Shown piece after piece: positions 48,920 through 60,900 of a stretch of 64,000 nucleotides of DNA (its first letter is position 1; each line of letters begins with the position of its first letter). The stretch is taken from contig CM030336.1 of NCBI GenBank assembly GCA_017654855.1, forward strand, positions 310,001 to 374,000. Reading direction: 5' to 3'. Source of the stretch: Podospora anserina (Eukaryota). The notes beneath the pieces were generated by a model. It did no database searches and was not told the DNA's origin. It was given only the letters and a program-made list of their open reading frames with translations. The position numbers and the translations under genes were made by a program.

Positions 48920-51900
48920 ATGGATAACAGTCAGCAAGAGCCCATCGCCATCATCGGCGCTGCATGCCGTCTCGCTGGAGAGGTCTCGTCCTTGGGGACC
49001 CTGTGGGACATGATCAGCAACCGCAAGACTGGTCATGGCAAGATACCTGCTGAGAGGTGGAATGCTGATGTCTGGCACCATCCTGACCCAGACAGGAAAG
49101 GAGGTGTAAGTTAATCCCTGAAGAAAAGTACGTTGGCGGTACGTGTTGACTGACTTGGTAACCAGATTGCCGTCAAACATGGGTACTTTCTCAAGCAAGA
49201 CGTAGCCCACTTTGATGCGCCCTTCTTTTCTACCACTGCCAAAGAAGCGGCAGCAATGGACCCCATGAAGAGACTGCTTCTTGAAGTCAGCTATGAGAGC
49301 ATCGAGAATGGTGAGTTTCCTTTGTGCCAAGGGGCCAACATGATGCTGACATCTACCCGCAGCTGGAATACCAGTGGAGAACCTCATGAACTCACGGACA
49401 GGCTGTTATGTGGGTTGCATGACAAACGACTACGAGATGCTCTCACTCCACGACATACATGACATTGGTCACAATGCTGCGTCAGCAACGAGCGAGGCTA
49501 TGACAGCCAATCGTGTATCGTGGTTCTTTGGGCTCAAAGGGCCTAGCCTTACCCTGGACACCGCTTGCTCGTCCAGTCTGTACGCGCTGCACCTCGCATG
49601 CCAGTCGCTGAGGACGAAGGAGACAGATTCGGTACGTTGAATCTCTGTCCAACTTCAGTCCCTCACCGTGGTATGATGTTCTGACCTTGCTGATAGGCAC
49701 TTGTTGCTGGGGTAAACCTTCTCCTTGTCCCCAACACCATGCATCAGCTCTCAGCGATGCACATGCTCAGCCCTGAAGGGATCTCACACACTTTCGATGA
49801 CCGAGCGAACGGTTATGGTCGTGGCGAGGGTATTGGCTCCCTCATCGTCAAGCGCCTCTCTGACGCTATTCGAGACGGTGACACCATCCGGGCTGTCATC
49901 CGCGGTACTGGTGCGAACGCCGACGGCAAGACACCAAGTATCACACAACCGAGCTCGGTCGCTCAAGCTGACTTGATCAGAGACACTTACGCTGCGGCCG
50001 GTCTCCCTCTCACAGACACCCAGTACTTTGAGTGCCACGGCACAGGCACACCAGTTGGCGACCCGATAGAGCTTGAAGCCTTAGCCACAACATTCGGCGT
50101 GGCTCGGAAGGAGGCTGGCCTTGGCCCTCTCTACATTGGTAGCATCAAGCCCAGCGTGGGCCACACCGAAGGCTGCTCTGGTCTGGCAGGCGTCTTCAAG
50201 GCTATTGCTTGCCTGGAAAATGGCATGCTCGTTCCGACATATGGCGTTGAGACCATCAACCCCAAGTTGAAACTCAAAGAGTGGAATTTGGCGTTGCCAC
50301 AGGAGACAGCACAGTGGCCTACCCCTGGGCAACGCCGGATCAGCGTGAATTCGTTCGGATTTGGCGGCGCCAATGCCCACGCCATTCTTGATGACGCTCA
50401 CCACTATCTTGCCGAGCGTGGGTTGGCAGGAAACCACAACACCATCGTCTGGGAACGTGATGGTGCTTATGCTAATGGACATCACCCAGTAGCCGACACG
50501 CCGCGGCTGTTCCTGCTTAGCTCCAAGGACCAGGCTGGCATCCCTCGCCTGGCTGATGTTTACGCAAAGGCACTTGACGCCGCTCATTCTGCCAAAGAGG
50601 ATTCCCACTATCTCAGCAACCTGTCGTACACTTTGGCTTCCCGAAGATCTCACCTCGACTTCAGGAGCTTTGCCGTTGCTTCAACTTTATCGGAGCTGAC
50701 AGAGAAGCTTTCTAAAGGGCTTCCAAAGATTAAGCGCTCAGCCCGACAGGACAACAACCTGGTCTGGGTGTTCACAGGACAAGGAGCCCAATGGTCAGCC
50801 ATGGGACGGGAACTCCTCGGCAACCCAGTCTTTGACAAGAGTGTCCAAGCCTCACAAGTCTATCTGGCCAATCTCGGCTGCGCCTGGGATGCGGTCGAGG
50901 AGCTCACCAAGACAGCTGGTTCCAAGATGCAGTTATCTGAGTACAGCCAGACGCTCTGTACTGTCCTCCAGGTCGCCCTCGTCGATTTGCTTCGGTCTTG
51001 GGGGATCAAGCCTCGGGCCACAGTCGGACATTCGAGTGGTGAAATCGGTGCTGCCTACGCCGCGGGTTACATCAACCGCGCTGATGCCGTCAAAATTGCC
51101 TACATCAGGGGTCTCAGCTCTGCAACGGTTACCAGACAAGGAGCAATGTTAGCCGCTGGCCTTTCCCGTGAAGAAGCTAACGAATATTTGACAAAGGTCC
51201 CAGCACAGTCTGCGGTCATTGCTTGCATCAACAGCCCGTCCAGTGTTACTCTGTCGGGTGATCTTAATGCCATCCATACCCTTGAGAAGCTGATTTCGGC
51301 TGATGGCAAATTTGCGCGGACACTGAAAGTGAAGACGGCATACCATTCGCCTCACATGCGCGCCGTTGCTCAAGGCTATCTCGAGCGTATTGGCCACATT
51401 GATACCACTGCCGAAGGGGCTAACGCCAACAAGACAGTCATGTACTCCTCGCTGACTGGAAAGATCGTTTCACCAAAAGAGCTCAGTGCTCAATACTGGG
51501 TTGCCAACTTGACCTCCCCTGTCGAGTTCTCGGCAGCGTTATCAGCCCTTCTCGCCCACACTGTGGCATCCACCACTGGCCGTGGAAGACCAGTCCCCGT
51601 TCGCTGGGGCGGCATCCTCGAGATCGGCCCTCACTCCGCACTGCAGGGGCCTATCGGTCAGATCATGGCAGCGAGCAACTCGGAAGCCATCAAAGAGACA
51701 CCCTACATGTCACTGCTCCTCCGTGGCAAAGACGCAAGAGAAACATCACTCTCTGCTGCTGCTCAGCTCTGGGCTCTCGGCCACACGGTTGAGCTCTCTG
51801 CAATGGTCGACTCCTTCGACCTTCCCGACACAAAACTCCAGCACAAAGCCTTGACTGACCTGCCCGCCTACCCTTGGAACCACTCCCGCCGCTTCTGGCA

Positions 51901-54900
51901 CGAGGCCTACATCACGAAGTCCAACCGCTCCCCCAAATTCCCCAGAACTGACTTTCTGGGCGTCCCGGTTGACATGCAAAACAGCATGGAGCCCAAATGG
52001 CGCAATCACCTCCGTATCACGGAGAACCCCTGGATAGAAGACCACAAGATCACCGGAACAGTCCTCTACCCCGGCGCAGGGATGCTTGTCATGGCGTTGG
52101 AAGGTGCCCTCCAAGTCTCCGACCCAACAAAAAATGTCCACGGCTTCCGCTACAGCAACATCCGCTTTGAGCGGGGCCTCGTCGTCACAGCAGCAGATGA
52201 ACCCGCAGTCGAAACATCTCTCAGCCTTCATCCTGACGCTAACATCCCCGGCAAGTTCGGCTTCACAATCTACTCCACCACCGGGGACTCTTGGACTTGT
52301 CACTGCCATGGTACAATCTCCCTCGAGTACGACGCCAACGGCTCAAGCGAGGTAGAAGACGCAGGTACGGCTGTTGACCCCTGGACCCTGTACACGGCCA
52401 GATACAAGCAGCTCTTCTCCGACTCTGGCGCCGAAGAAATCGACGTTGACGAGTTCTACGACCAGCTCGAGACAATCGGCATGGAATACGGGCCCCTATT
52501 CCGCAACGTCACTTCGCTGTTTGCAGTCCCAGCCCAACACGCCGCCCACGGCGAGGTCATCATCCCAGACACTGCCTCCGTCATGCCCATGAGCTTTGAG
52601 TACCCCCACGTCATGCACCCCGCGACAATGGACGCAATCTTCCATTTGTTGCTGGCAGGCTTCAACGACGGCCGTCCCATTGACGAGGCTGCAGTGCCGT
52701 ACAGCATAGACGACATGTTCGTTGCCAGCGAGCAACCCCACGGCGCCGGGTCAAAGTTCCTAGGGTACGGCCAGCTGACAAGAAAGAGCGGAGGTGGCCG
52801 CGAACTGGTGGGGGATCTGGTGATTTCGGACGAGAGGTGGTCTGGGCCAAAGATGGTCATCAACGGATTTGCTCTTCGCCAGGTCACATCTGCTGATGAT
52901 GCTGGAATTTCCGGCTCCCAGGAGGACACTTTGAAGAAAAAGTGCGCTCGTGTCACTTGGAGTCAGGATACCGACTTCATCAAGACAAGCGAACAGCTTG
53001 TGGGTGTGTCGACTGATGCGTCGTTACTAGCTCAGCTGTCTGCTTGGTTTGATCTCTTGCAGCGCAAGAAGGCTATTGGGGAGGTCTTGGTTGTTGCGAG
53101 GGGACAATGTCCCGGCACCTCGGAGATTGTGGGCGATGTGTGGCGTCGTGTCCGCAGCCGTGAGGGCTTCCAGAGTGTCAAAGCTGTGTCAACCTCTGCC
53201 TTTGGTGTGGAACAACTCCGTGCATTAGTTCCGAATGCTGAGCCTGTCGATCTGTGGGACATCTCTGGCGACGCCGAACCGCCCGCGTCAAGCAAAGGTT
53301 ACGACTTGGTCTTGGTGATTGGAACCGACAGCTACCCCGACTTCTCCACCGAGCTGCAGAAGCTGGCTCTCCTTCCGCAATCTCATATCGTTCTCATTGG
53401 CGAGAAAAATGTTGAGGCCTTTAGCTTAGAGGGGCACCAGTCGTCTCTCCACCTCCAAGGGAATGGCGATGCAGCGGTGGTGTTTGCATTTGCTGCTGAA
53501 GAAGCCACAGTTCCGCTGGAAGTCTGTCTTCTTCTTCCATCTCCCACTTCCAAGCAAACTTCAGCGTTGGCCTCCAATCTCACAACAGTGCTCTCTGCTA
53601 GTGGCATCAACGACATCAACACCATCACCTTGTCTGACCTCAGCACCCTCGACCTCACCAGCAAACACGTTATCTCCCTACTCGAGTCCGATAAACCCTT
53701 CATCTACTCATGGAACGAAAACGAGTTCACAAGCTTCAAGTCACTCATCTCCTCCGTGGACCATCTGTTCTGGCTGACCCATGGCGGTGTCCTACAATCA
53801 TGGGCAGGAGGCGTAGAGTTCGCCGCAGCTCAAGGCTTGCTTCGTGTCTTGCGCAATGAGTATACCCTCGCATCCTTGCCCCATCTCGATCTCTCCATTG
53901 GCTTTGACAGCACGACGCTCTCGAGTGCCGAGCTTATCGCCTTCGTGTGGCGGGCTTCACTTTTGGAGGGGGCCGAGATGGAATATGCCGAGTTCGAAGG
54001 CAAAGTTCACATCCCTCGTGCTGTGGCCGATGTCGGATTTGACGGGGATTTGCAGCTTGCTGATGGGACAAAGCAGCCTATCCTTGGACCTCTCAAGGGC
54101 GGTAAGCCGCTGAAGCCGATTGTCGTAGGGGCTGAGAAGAAGATTGTCTGGGTTGAGGACGAGGAGGCATCACTACCGCTTGGTATGACTGAGGTGGAGG
54201 TACAAGTCGAGTTCGTTGGGCTGAGCAGTGGCAACACCTTCTCGCTGACTGGCACTGTTGACGATGACTCCATTACTGTACTCGATAGGTGCGTGGATGC
54301 AGTTGGTGTGGTATCTCGTCTCGGAGGCGGAGTAAACTCGCTCGTTGTTGGCCAGCGTGTTGCTGTCTTGAAGGGACATGGGTGCAAAACTCACGTTCGT
54401 CAGGATGTCAGTTTGGTGGCCCCCGTTCCGGATAGCATTCCTTCAGAGAAGACCGCGGCATTGCCAAGCGCATTCATTACTGCTTTGTATGCCTTGTCTC
54501 ATGTCGCAAGATTGGACAAAGGTCAGACGGTGCTCATCCACTCTGCTGCCAGCGCTCCAGGACAAGCAGCCATTCAGATTGCTCAATACCTTGGAGCTGT
54601 CGTCTTTGCTTTGGTCAGCTCCAAAGGGGAGAAAGCCATCCTTGTGGAACAGCACGGCTTACCTGTGACGCGCATATTTGATGCTGGGTTGCTAAACTTT
54701 ATTCCCGCTATTGGCAACGAGACAGGGGGTCGTGGTGTCGATGTTGTGCTCGCGAACGAGGCAGATGCTGCTGTTTCGGCATCCCTGGCCACGCTTGGTG
54801 ATTTTGGGGTCTTAATCGATCTCAGAAGCAGCGAGTCTACCGGCAGCATCAGCCCTCCATCCGGCAAGAAGAATGTATCCATCGTTCGTGTCATCATGGA

Positions 54901-56335
54901 CAGCGTGGCTCAGGCAAAGCCTCACATCATCAAGAGCCTGTTCCAACAAACCTTTGACATCCTCTCAACCAACACCATCAGGCCCATCACACCTACCACC
55001 GTCTTCTCCGCCAGCGATGCTTCTCAAGCACTGCAAACCGCCACAACACAAGCTCACGGGAAAGTTGTACTATCCCTCCAAGGGAGCCCCTCAGTCCTCA
55101 TCCCTCCCGCCCCAGCCCCTGAACTCCAATTCGACCCCTCCGCAACCTACATCATCGCCGGCGGTCTCGGAGCTTTAGGTCTCAACATCGCCGACACGAT
55201 GATTGCGCAAGGAGCCAAGCACCTCATCTTCCTCTCCCGCTCGGGCGGTACGAAGAACCAATCCGACCTTGCCCGCCTCCGTTCCCACGGCATCACAGCC
55301 GAGGCCTTCCCTTGCGACGTCACCAACTCCACCTCTGTCTCCAAGGTCTTCTCCCACCTCCGAAGCGCCAAGCACAAAATCGCTGGTGTGATCCAATGCG
55401 CCATGGTTCTGGAAGATGGCATCTTCGATAACATGACCCATACCAAGTGGTCCCGCGCATTTGCTCCCAAGTCGGCCGGCTCCCGGAACCTCCTTGCTCA
55501 ACTCTGGCCAGATGAGCAGCCCTTCTTTATCTTGCTGTCGTCAATTACTGGTGTGATAGGCAACACCGCCCAAGCAAACTACGCCTCAGGCAACACGTTC
55601 GAGGATGCCCTAGCCCTCTGGGCTCGAACCCACCTTCGGATTGCCGCGACAAGTATTGACGTCGGGTTGGTAGCTGACTCCTCTCACTTCACCGAGGCAG
55701 GTGAATTCGGTGATTTGGAAGGCTACCTTCACCGCTACCAACACGGCTGGAACGGACTCCAGACCACACTCGACGAACTCCGCGTCGTGCTCAAGTCCAT
55801 CATGAGAGGGAGCACCGCCGACGGTGGCAACATCCCCGCACAGCTCGTCCTCGGACTAGGTGACTCCCTCATCCGGGATGAGAACGGTACTGGCTTCGCA
55901 AAAGACAAGAAGTTTGAGCTGCGGGTCGTGAAGTTGGACAAGAGCGGGGGTCAAGCAGGGGGGAAGACGGAGAAGATCGGGGAGGTGTTGAGTCGAGCGT
56001 CTAGTGTCAGTGAGGCGGCTGCTGCGGTGGAGGAGTACATCAAGTTGCAGATTGCTGTTGCGATTGGGGTTGAGGTGGGCGAGGTTGATGCGCAGAAGCC
56101 CTTGCCGGAATTTGGAGGTACGTGCCCCACGTCGACGTGTGAAATGTTTAATCGGGATACTGACATGGGCACAGTGGACTCGCTCAAAGCGGTTGAGATC
56201 AGGAACTTGTGTTTGAGGGAGATGCAGAGTGATATTTCTGTGTTTGAGTTGTTGAGTTCGACGCCCGTGGCCGAGCTTGCAGTCAAGATTGTGACGAAGA
56301 GTGGGCTGGTCAAGTTGGATGCTGAGGCTGTCTGA
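48920..56335 (+). CDS. Iterative reducing type I polyketide synthase, KS-AT-DH-(degenerate cMT)-(ER, probably inactive)-KR-ACP
   Basis: [54 protein letters not shown]-like [27 protein letters not shown] and ACP GVDSL after splicing 56118-56174. Three introns lie in the 5' region (49.1-49.7 kb). Confidence 0.96.
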
Positions 56336-56999
56336 TAGATTGTGGAGAGGTAGAGGAGATCACTTACAAAATTAGTTACCAGGGAAGTACCAGGGGGGAA
56401 ATAGGCGTTGGTGATAGACGATAATAGTTCATAGATAACGTTAGCGGATACACATCTTGAATTGTCCCAAACGCCACCCAACCTTTCGAGGTTCAACCAC
56501 CAGGCTCAGACATCCTATGATTTGAGAATCAACACGGAAGTGCCGAACTCACCTGCCTCATCACCTGCCTCTTTGGCCCAGAACAGCTTTACCCCTCCCA
56601 GCTCTTGAAGTCAGAATCAAGTGAGCCTGGCATTCTGAGATATGGATCCTCGGATATAATGAAGTTGTTGCCGGAAGCCATGTTGCTGACTGGCCAGCAT
56701 GATACGAGCTTCTTGCAATGGTACAAAAGAACTGATGATGTGGAGCAGTGTAATCTGTATTGCAGGAAACATGGTTAACTATTGAGTCAATATCGGTTCA
56801 GCATCCCATCGGGACCGAGTCCAAAGCAACTCCTAATTCTTATCAACTTTATTGCGCATTGTCCTTCTTACGGCGAGCACATATCAAGTAGAAATAGCCA
56901 TGTCTCCCCTCCGAGCAATCCCAATATTTCCTCATCCTCCTGTCATCTCCTACATTTGAGTCCTCACTACCCTAACATTATCACCAAAAAAGACCCAAC

Positions 57000-57850
57000 A
57001 TGATCCCCTCATTCATCTTCGCCCTCCTCTCACTCCCTTTCCTCCTCAGTCGGATCTCCCCTAAAGCCAGTCACAGCAGACCTCCACAGCGCAACCAGCA
57101 CCAGCAAACGCCAGGCAGTAGAAGGCTTCCACTTTGTCAGCTGCGGAATCAACTACTCAGTCCTGGTCGTGAGTCCTTCTCCCATCCCATCCATGTATAT
57201 CGCAAACACTAACCACCCAAACACGCACCAGTATTGCGCCAACGACGGGGACTGCAACCATAATCCCAGACCCGGCGCCGGCGGTGACTGCAACCCCACC
57301 CCCAACGGGGGCTTGACAACCTGGGAGATAACAGGAAACTAACTGCCTCTTCCCTGGGAAATATGGAGTTAAATGGAACTTTGGGAGCGATTGGCGGACC
57401 AAGCCTTTCAAATATCATGTTGGGTTAGTAATTAATTGCCCCTTTCCGTATTATCTTACACCGATACATTCTATTTTGCTAATGCGAATCGCTTCCTGCT
57501 AAACACGCCTATCTAGCAATCTGCAGCGACATTCAGATGGCCTCGTATTCATAATCTACAAGGACGATCAACACACCATGTACGTTGATGGGGTTGGAAA
57601 CCAGTGTCGTTCCATTTATTTTGCCCTACCCTCAACGGAAGGAGGTGCCGTACCCTTGAAGTACCTCGGCGGTAGGATGACGACAACACACACGTTGGGT
57701 ACGGGCGGGATTCAAGACCCAGGAAGAATGAGTCAAGTGTCCGGCCGAGAGGTACATCCTCCAGAGGCGTGCCTACCTGGGTCTTCTAGTGTTCACACAA
57801 TTCACCATCTTTCATCAATAGCAAGTGTAGAGTTGCTGTATTCTTTTTGA
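57000..57850 (+). pseudogene. Frameshifted gene for a small secreted cysteine-containing protein
   Basis: Signal peptide MIPSFIFALLSLPFLL, frameshift at about 57048, then KR|QAVEGFHFVSC. Intron 57169-57231, YCANDGDCN...TWE, second frameshift at about 57340, NCLFPG, intron 57424-57516, then IYKDDQHTMYVDGVGNQCRSIY. Confidence 0.7.
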
Positions 57851-57913
57851 AGCCCGAACACATACTTTGTCCATATCATAACATGAATATTGCTCTTTTT
57901 CCAGACAATACTC

Positions 57914-60900
57914 TCACGTATCCCTCCCCGCAAGCCACGCCCTCCCCTTCAACTCCCCAATTACACTATCCCTCATCCACCAAACCTCCCCCCTCTCCAC
58001 CGCATCCAACTCCCTCTCCCTCCCCCCAACCACCCCCTCACTCTTCCCCCCACCCTGTCCCTCGACCCCAACAGACATAGAAACCTTCTTTTTCCCGTTT
58101 TTGGCAGGCGTCTTCCCCTTCTTCCTCCCCTTCCCCTCCTCAGCCTCTGTCTTGTCCACCACCCTCCCAGCAAAAACCCCCCTCCTCTCGGCCCACTCAA
58201 ACAACAACCTCAACCCCAACAACCTATCCCTCGACCACCCCTCCGTATCCAACCCAGCCCTCAACACCAGCTTGGCATCCACAGCCGTGCTCGCCCCCTC
58301 CCCCTCGCCCACCCCCCCACCACTACTCCCCAACCGATCAAGCACCAACCCCCTCTCCGCGTGCGTCAAATCCCGCAGCGCCTGCAACTCGAAAACCCAC
58401 TCCATCGGATCCCTCCCACCCAACCCCTTGTCAACAACCTCGCTACTCCCCAGCGCGCGCAACGTCGCCGGGAAAGTCCCCTCATGCGCCGGTCTCCTCC
58501 GCAAATAAACACTCTGGTTGTTCCTAAACTCATCCGCCAGACTGGGCTGATTTTGAAAATCAATCGTCAAATCCCAACAACCCAGTCCACCAGCGTCCGT
58601 GGCAACACGTAGGACATCATCTAGCGGCGGAAGCAAGCAAGGAGTCTGCCGCCGGAGGATAACAACCTCCGGATCTGTCGCATCACTCCCCGTCTGCGAC
58701 GCCGCCGCCACAGCCGTCGCAGACCCCGGTTTCAAATGGATATTAATCGGCGTGTTCATCGGCTGACCGGTAGCCAAATCCTTCGCAACCAAACACCGGG
58801 GTTCCGTAGCCAGAACCCAAAAGTGACGAAACGCCTGCAGATGCGCCCGATTGTCTTGGACGTTGGCAGGAAACAGCGGGTAAAAAGCGACCAGGAGAGC
58901 AGCAGTGGCAAGGTTACTCGTCCCAAACGTGGCGGTTCCGCACCCCAAAAACAGAGCGCCAATCGCCAGGTGAGCAGCCATGTGGCTTCCGTACGTGGTG
59001 CTCTTGTCGTCTCGACCGTGCAGACCTCTCAAACGACGGAGCACAGTGATGTCCCCCGTCCCGGCCATCACCGTGGCGCAAGACAGCGCCACCAGATCCA
59101 TACACATCCTCGCGTTGCTGCGAGCTAGCTCCGCGTCAAAGTTCGTCACCGGGCTTCTAACGATCCGTACAAACTCGTCGAGGTAGTGAACAAGCAGATC
59201 CCGAACTTGGATATTCGCCGAGCCGGCGAACCGAAGGCCCAGCGAAAAGCAAATGCCAGCCAAGATGGAGAAAAAAGACATGTCCCTGCTTTGAAGCTTC
59301 CGAGTGCTGCTCAGACGTGCCCGTGAATGATAAATAGAAGGCAAACTGCTCTTGATCCAGTCAAAGGTAGGTTTGATCTCCTTCCAAAGAATAACATTCT
59401 TCGCCACCGTCCTCAAAAGCAAAACATCAGGCCGGACATAGTCAAACTGCAACGTTGTGTCAGGAACATCAATCTTGCGTGCAACAATATGATCCTCCGA
59501 CTTCATGAAAATGAGGGCAATAGCCATCACAGCGCCAGCAGCGGCACGGTCCAAGACATGAGCCAGCTCCACGCGCTTGGTGGACGTGGCGATTGTCAGG
59601 AGCTTTTCCGTCAAGCGCATATCTCTCAGCCCCTTCAGGTCGCCTCCTTTGCCGAGGTTGATGAAGCCCAAAGCAAAGCCGGCAGCCAGACGATAGCCTT
59701 CGTCGCGAAGTGGGTTCTCCTCCTCTCCATCCTCGAGATACTCGATTTCCGACATCATGATCTCGCTCATGCGGCGGTGTTGGCTGTTGCAGTAAAGAAG
59801 CCCAATGCCCATGATGCCAGTGGTTTGGGTGTGTTGCGACAAGTTGAGCTCGGCAGCCCCTCTCGGCAGCATACGAGTGACGTGCACCGACAGAAGGCGC
59901 GTGATCAGCGAGTCCATGGTCCCCAGATACGAGGCTGCCAGGCCGAGAAGTAGGCCAATGGATGTCATAGTATGCTTGGGTGTGAGGTACTTGAACGCAA
60001 CCCACTTGGCGACCGACTTGAGATGACCGTTCAGGCCGAGGGCGAGCAGAAATCCGGCATGTCGATTGTTCAAATCTGACCCCGGCTTGTTGTACAGAAT
60101 CCACGATGTGTCAATGCCTTTTGCATGAGGTGAGATGGCAAGTCCACCCGAGACGCCCTGGTGGAAGAAGGCCCAGTTAATCTTTTCCTCAGTAAACATG
60201 GCCTTGTCCACGCCGACCGAGTTGTTAATCGGCTGGACGACACATGTGAGCTGAAATCCGTTGATCTGATATTTTTGAGTAAGAAGTGGAAAGCGAAGAG
60301 CAAAGTACAAGAGGCCCCTGCCTGCTGGTATGGCAAGGGTACTCGTCGCCACAGTAGCGACAAGCTGCTTTTGTTGCTCGAGATACTCTGGCTCCGTTGT
60401 GCCCGGCTTGGGGTTGAGGCGGACGACGCGGTGCTTGGATGTTGATAAGAGATTCTGAGCCTCATTGAGCCGTCTGTCTTCTCTAAACAAGGAGCGCACC
60501 ACGGCCTGGCGTTCTGTGGCCTCTGTCTCCTCTGCGCGGTCGTGGAAGTCGTCAAGGTGCTGACACAGCATTCGCACATCCCATTTCGCAGCGTGTGATG
60601 GGGCCTGGGGCATGTTAGTAGATAATAGCACAACTATGAACCGAACACTCACATTGATCTCAGCCCCAAGTGGTCGCCATGTCTTTGATGGCCGCAAGAC
60701 AGTGCTGATGTCAGTCCGACTCACTAGAGAGAGTAGCTCCTTGGACCAAGAAGGCGGTGGGTTTGGTTGACACATGAATATAATGTCCTGTAAAGGCGTG
60801 AGAACTGCCTCCGGTAATGTTTCGAGAATTTGTGATGTGAAACGAGCCTCATACATGGCCACAACCACTTCGTACCGGTTCGTTGTGGTGCCAAGAAGAC

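Noticed and set aside
21818-57913. Island as a Starship or other giant transposon
   Set aside because: No DUF3435 tyrosine recombinase captain and no convincing terminal repeats were found at either edge.
60605-60652. Hydrophobic insert VSVRFIVVLLSTNMPQ in APC1
   Set aside because: It is an in-frame GTGAGT...CTAAC...CAG intron, not protein sequence.
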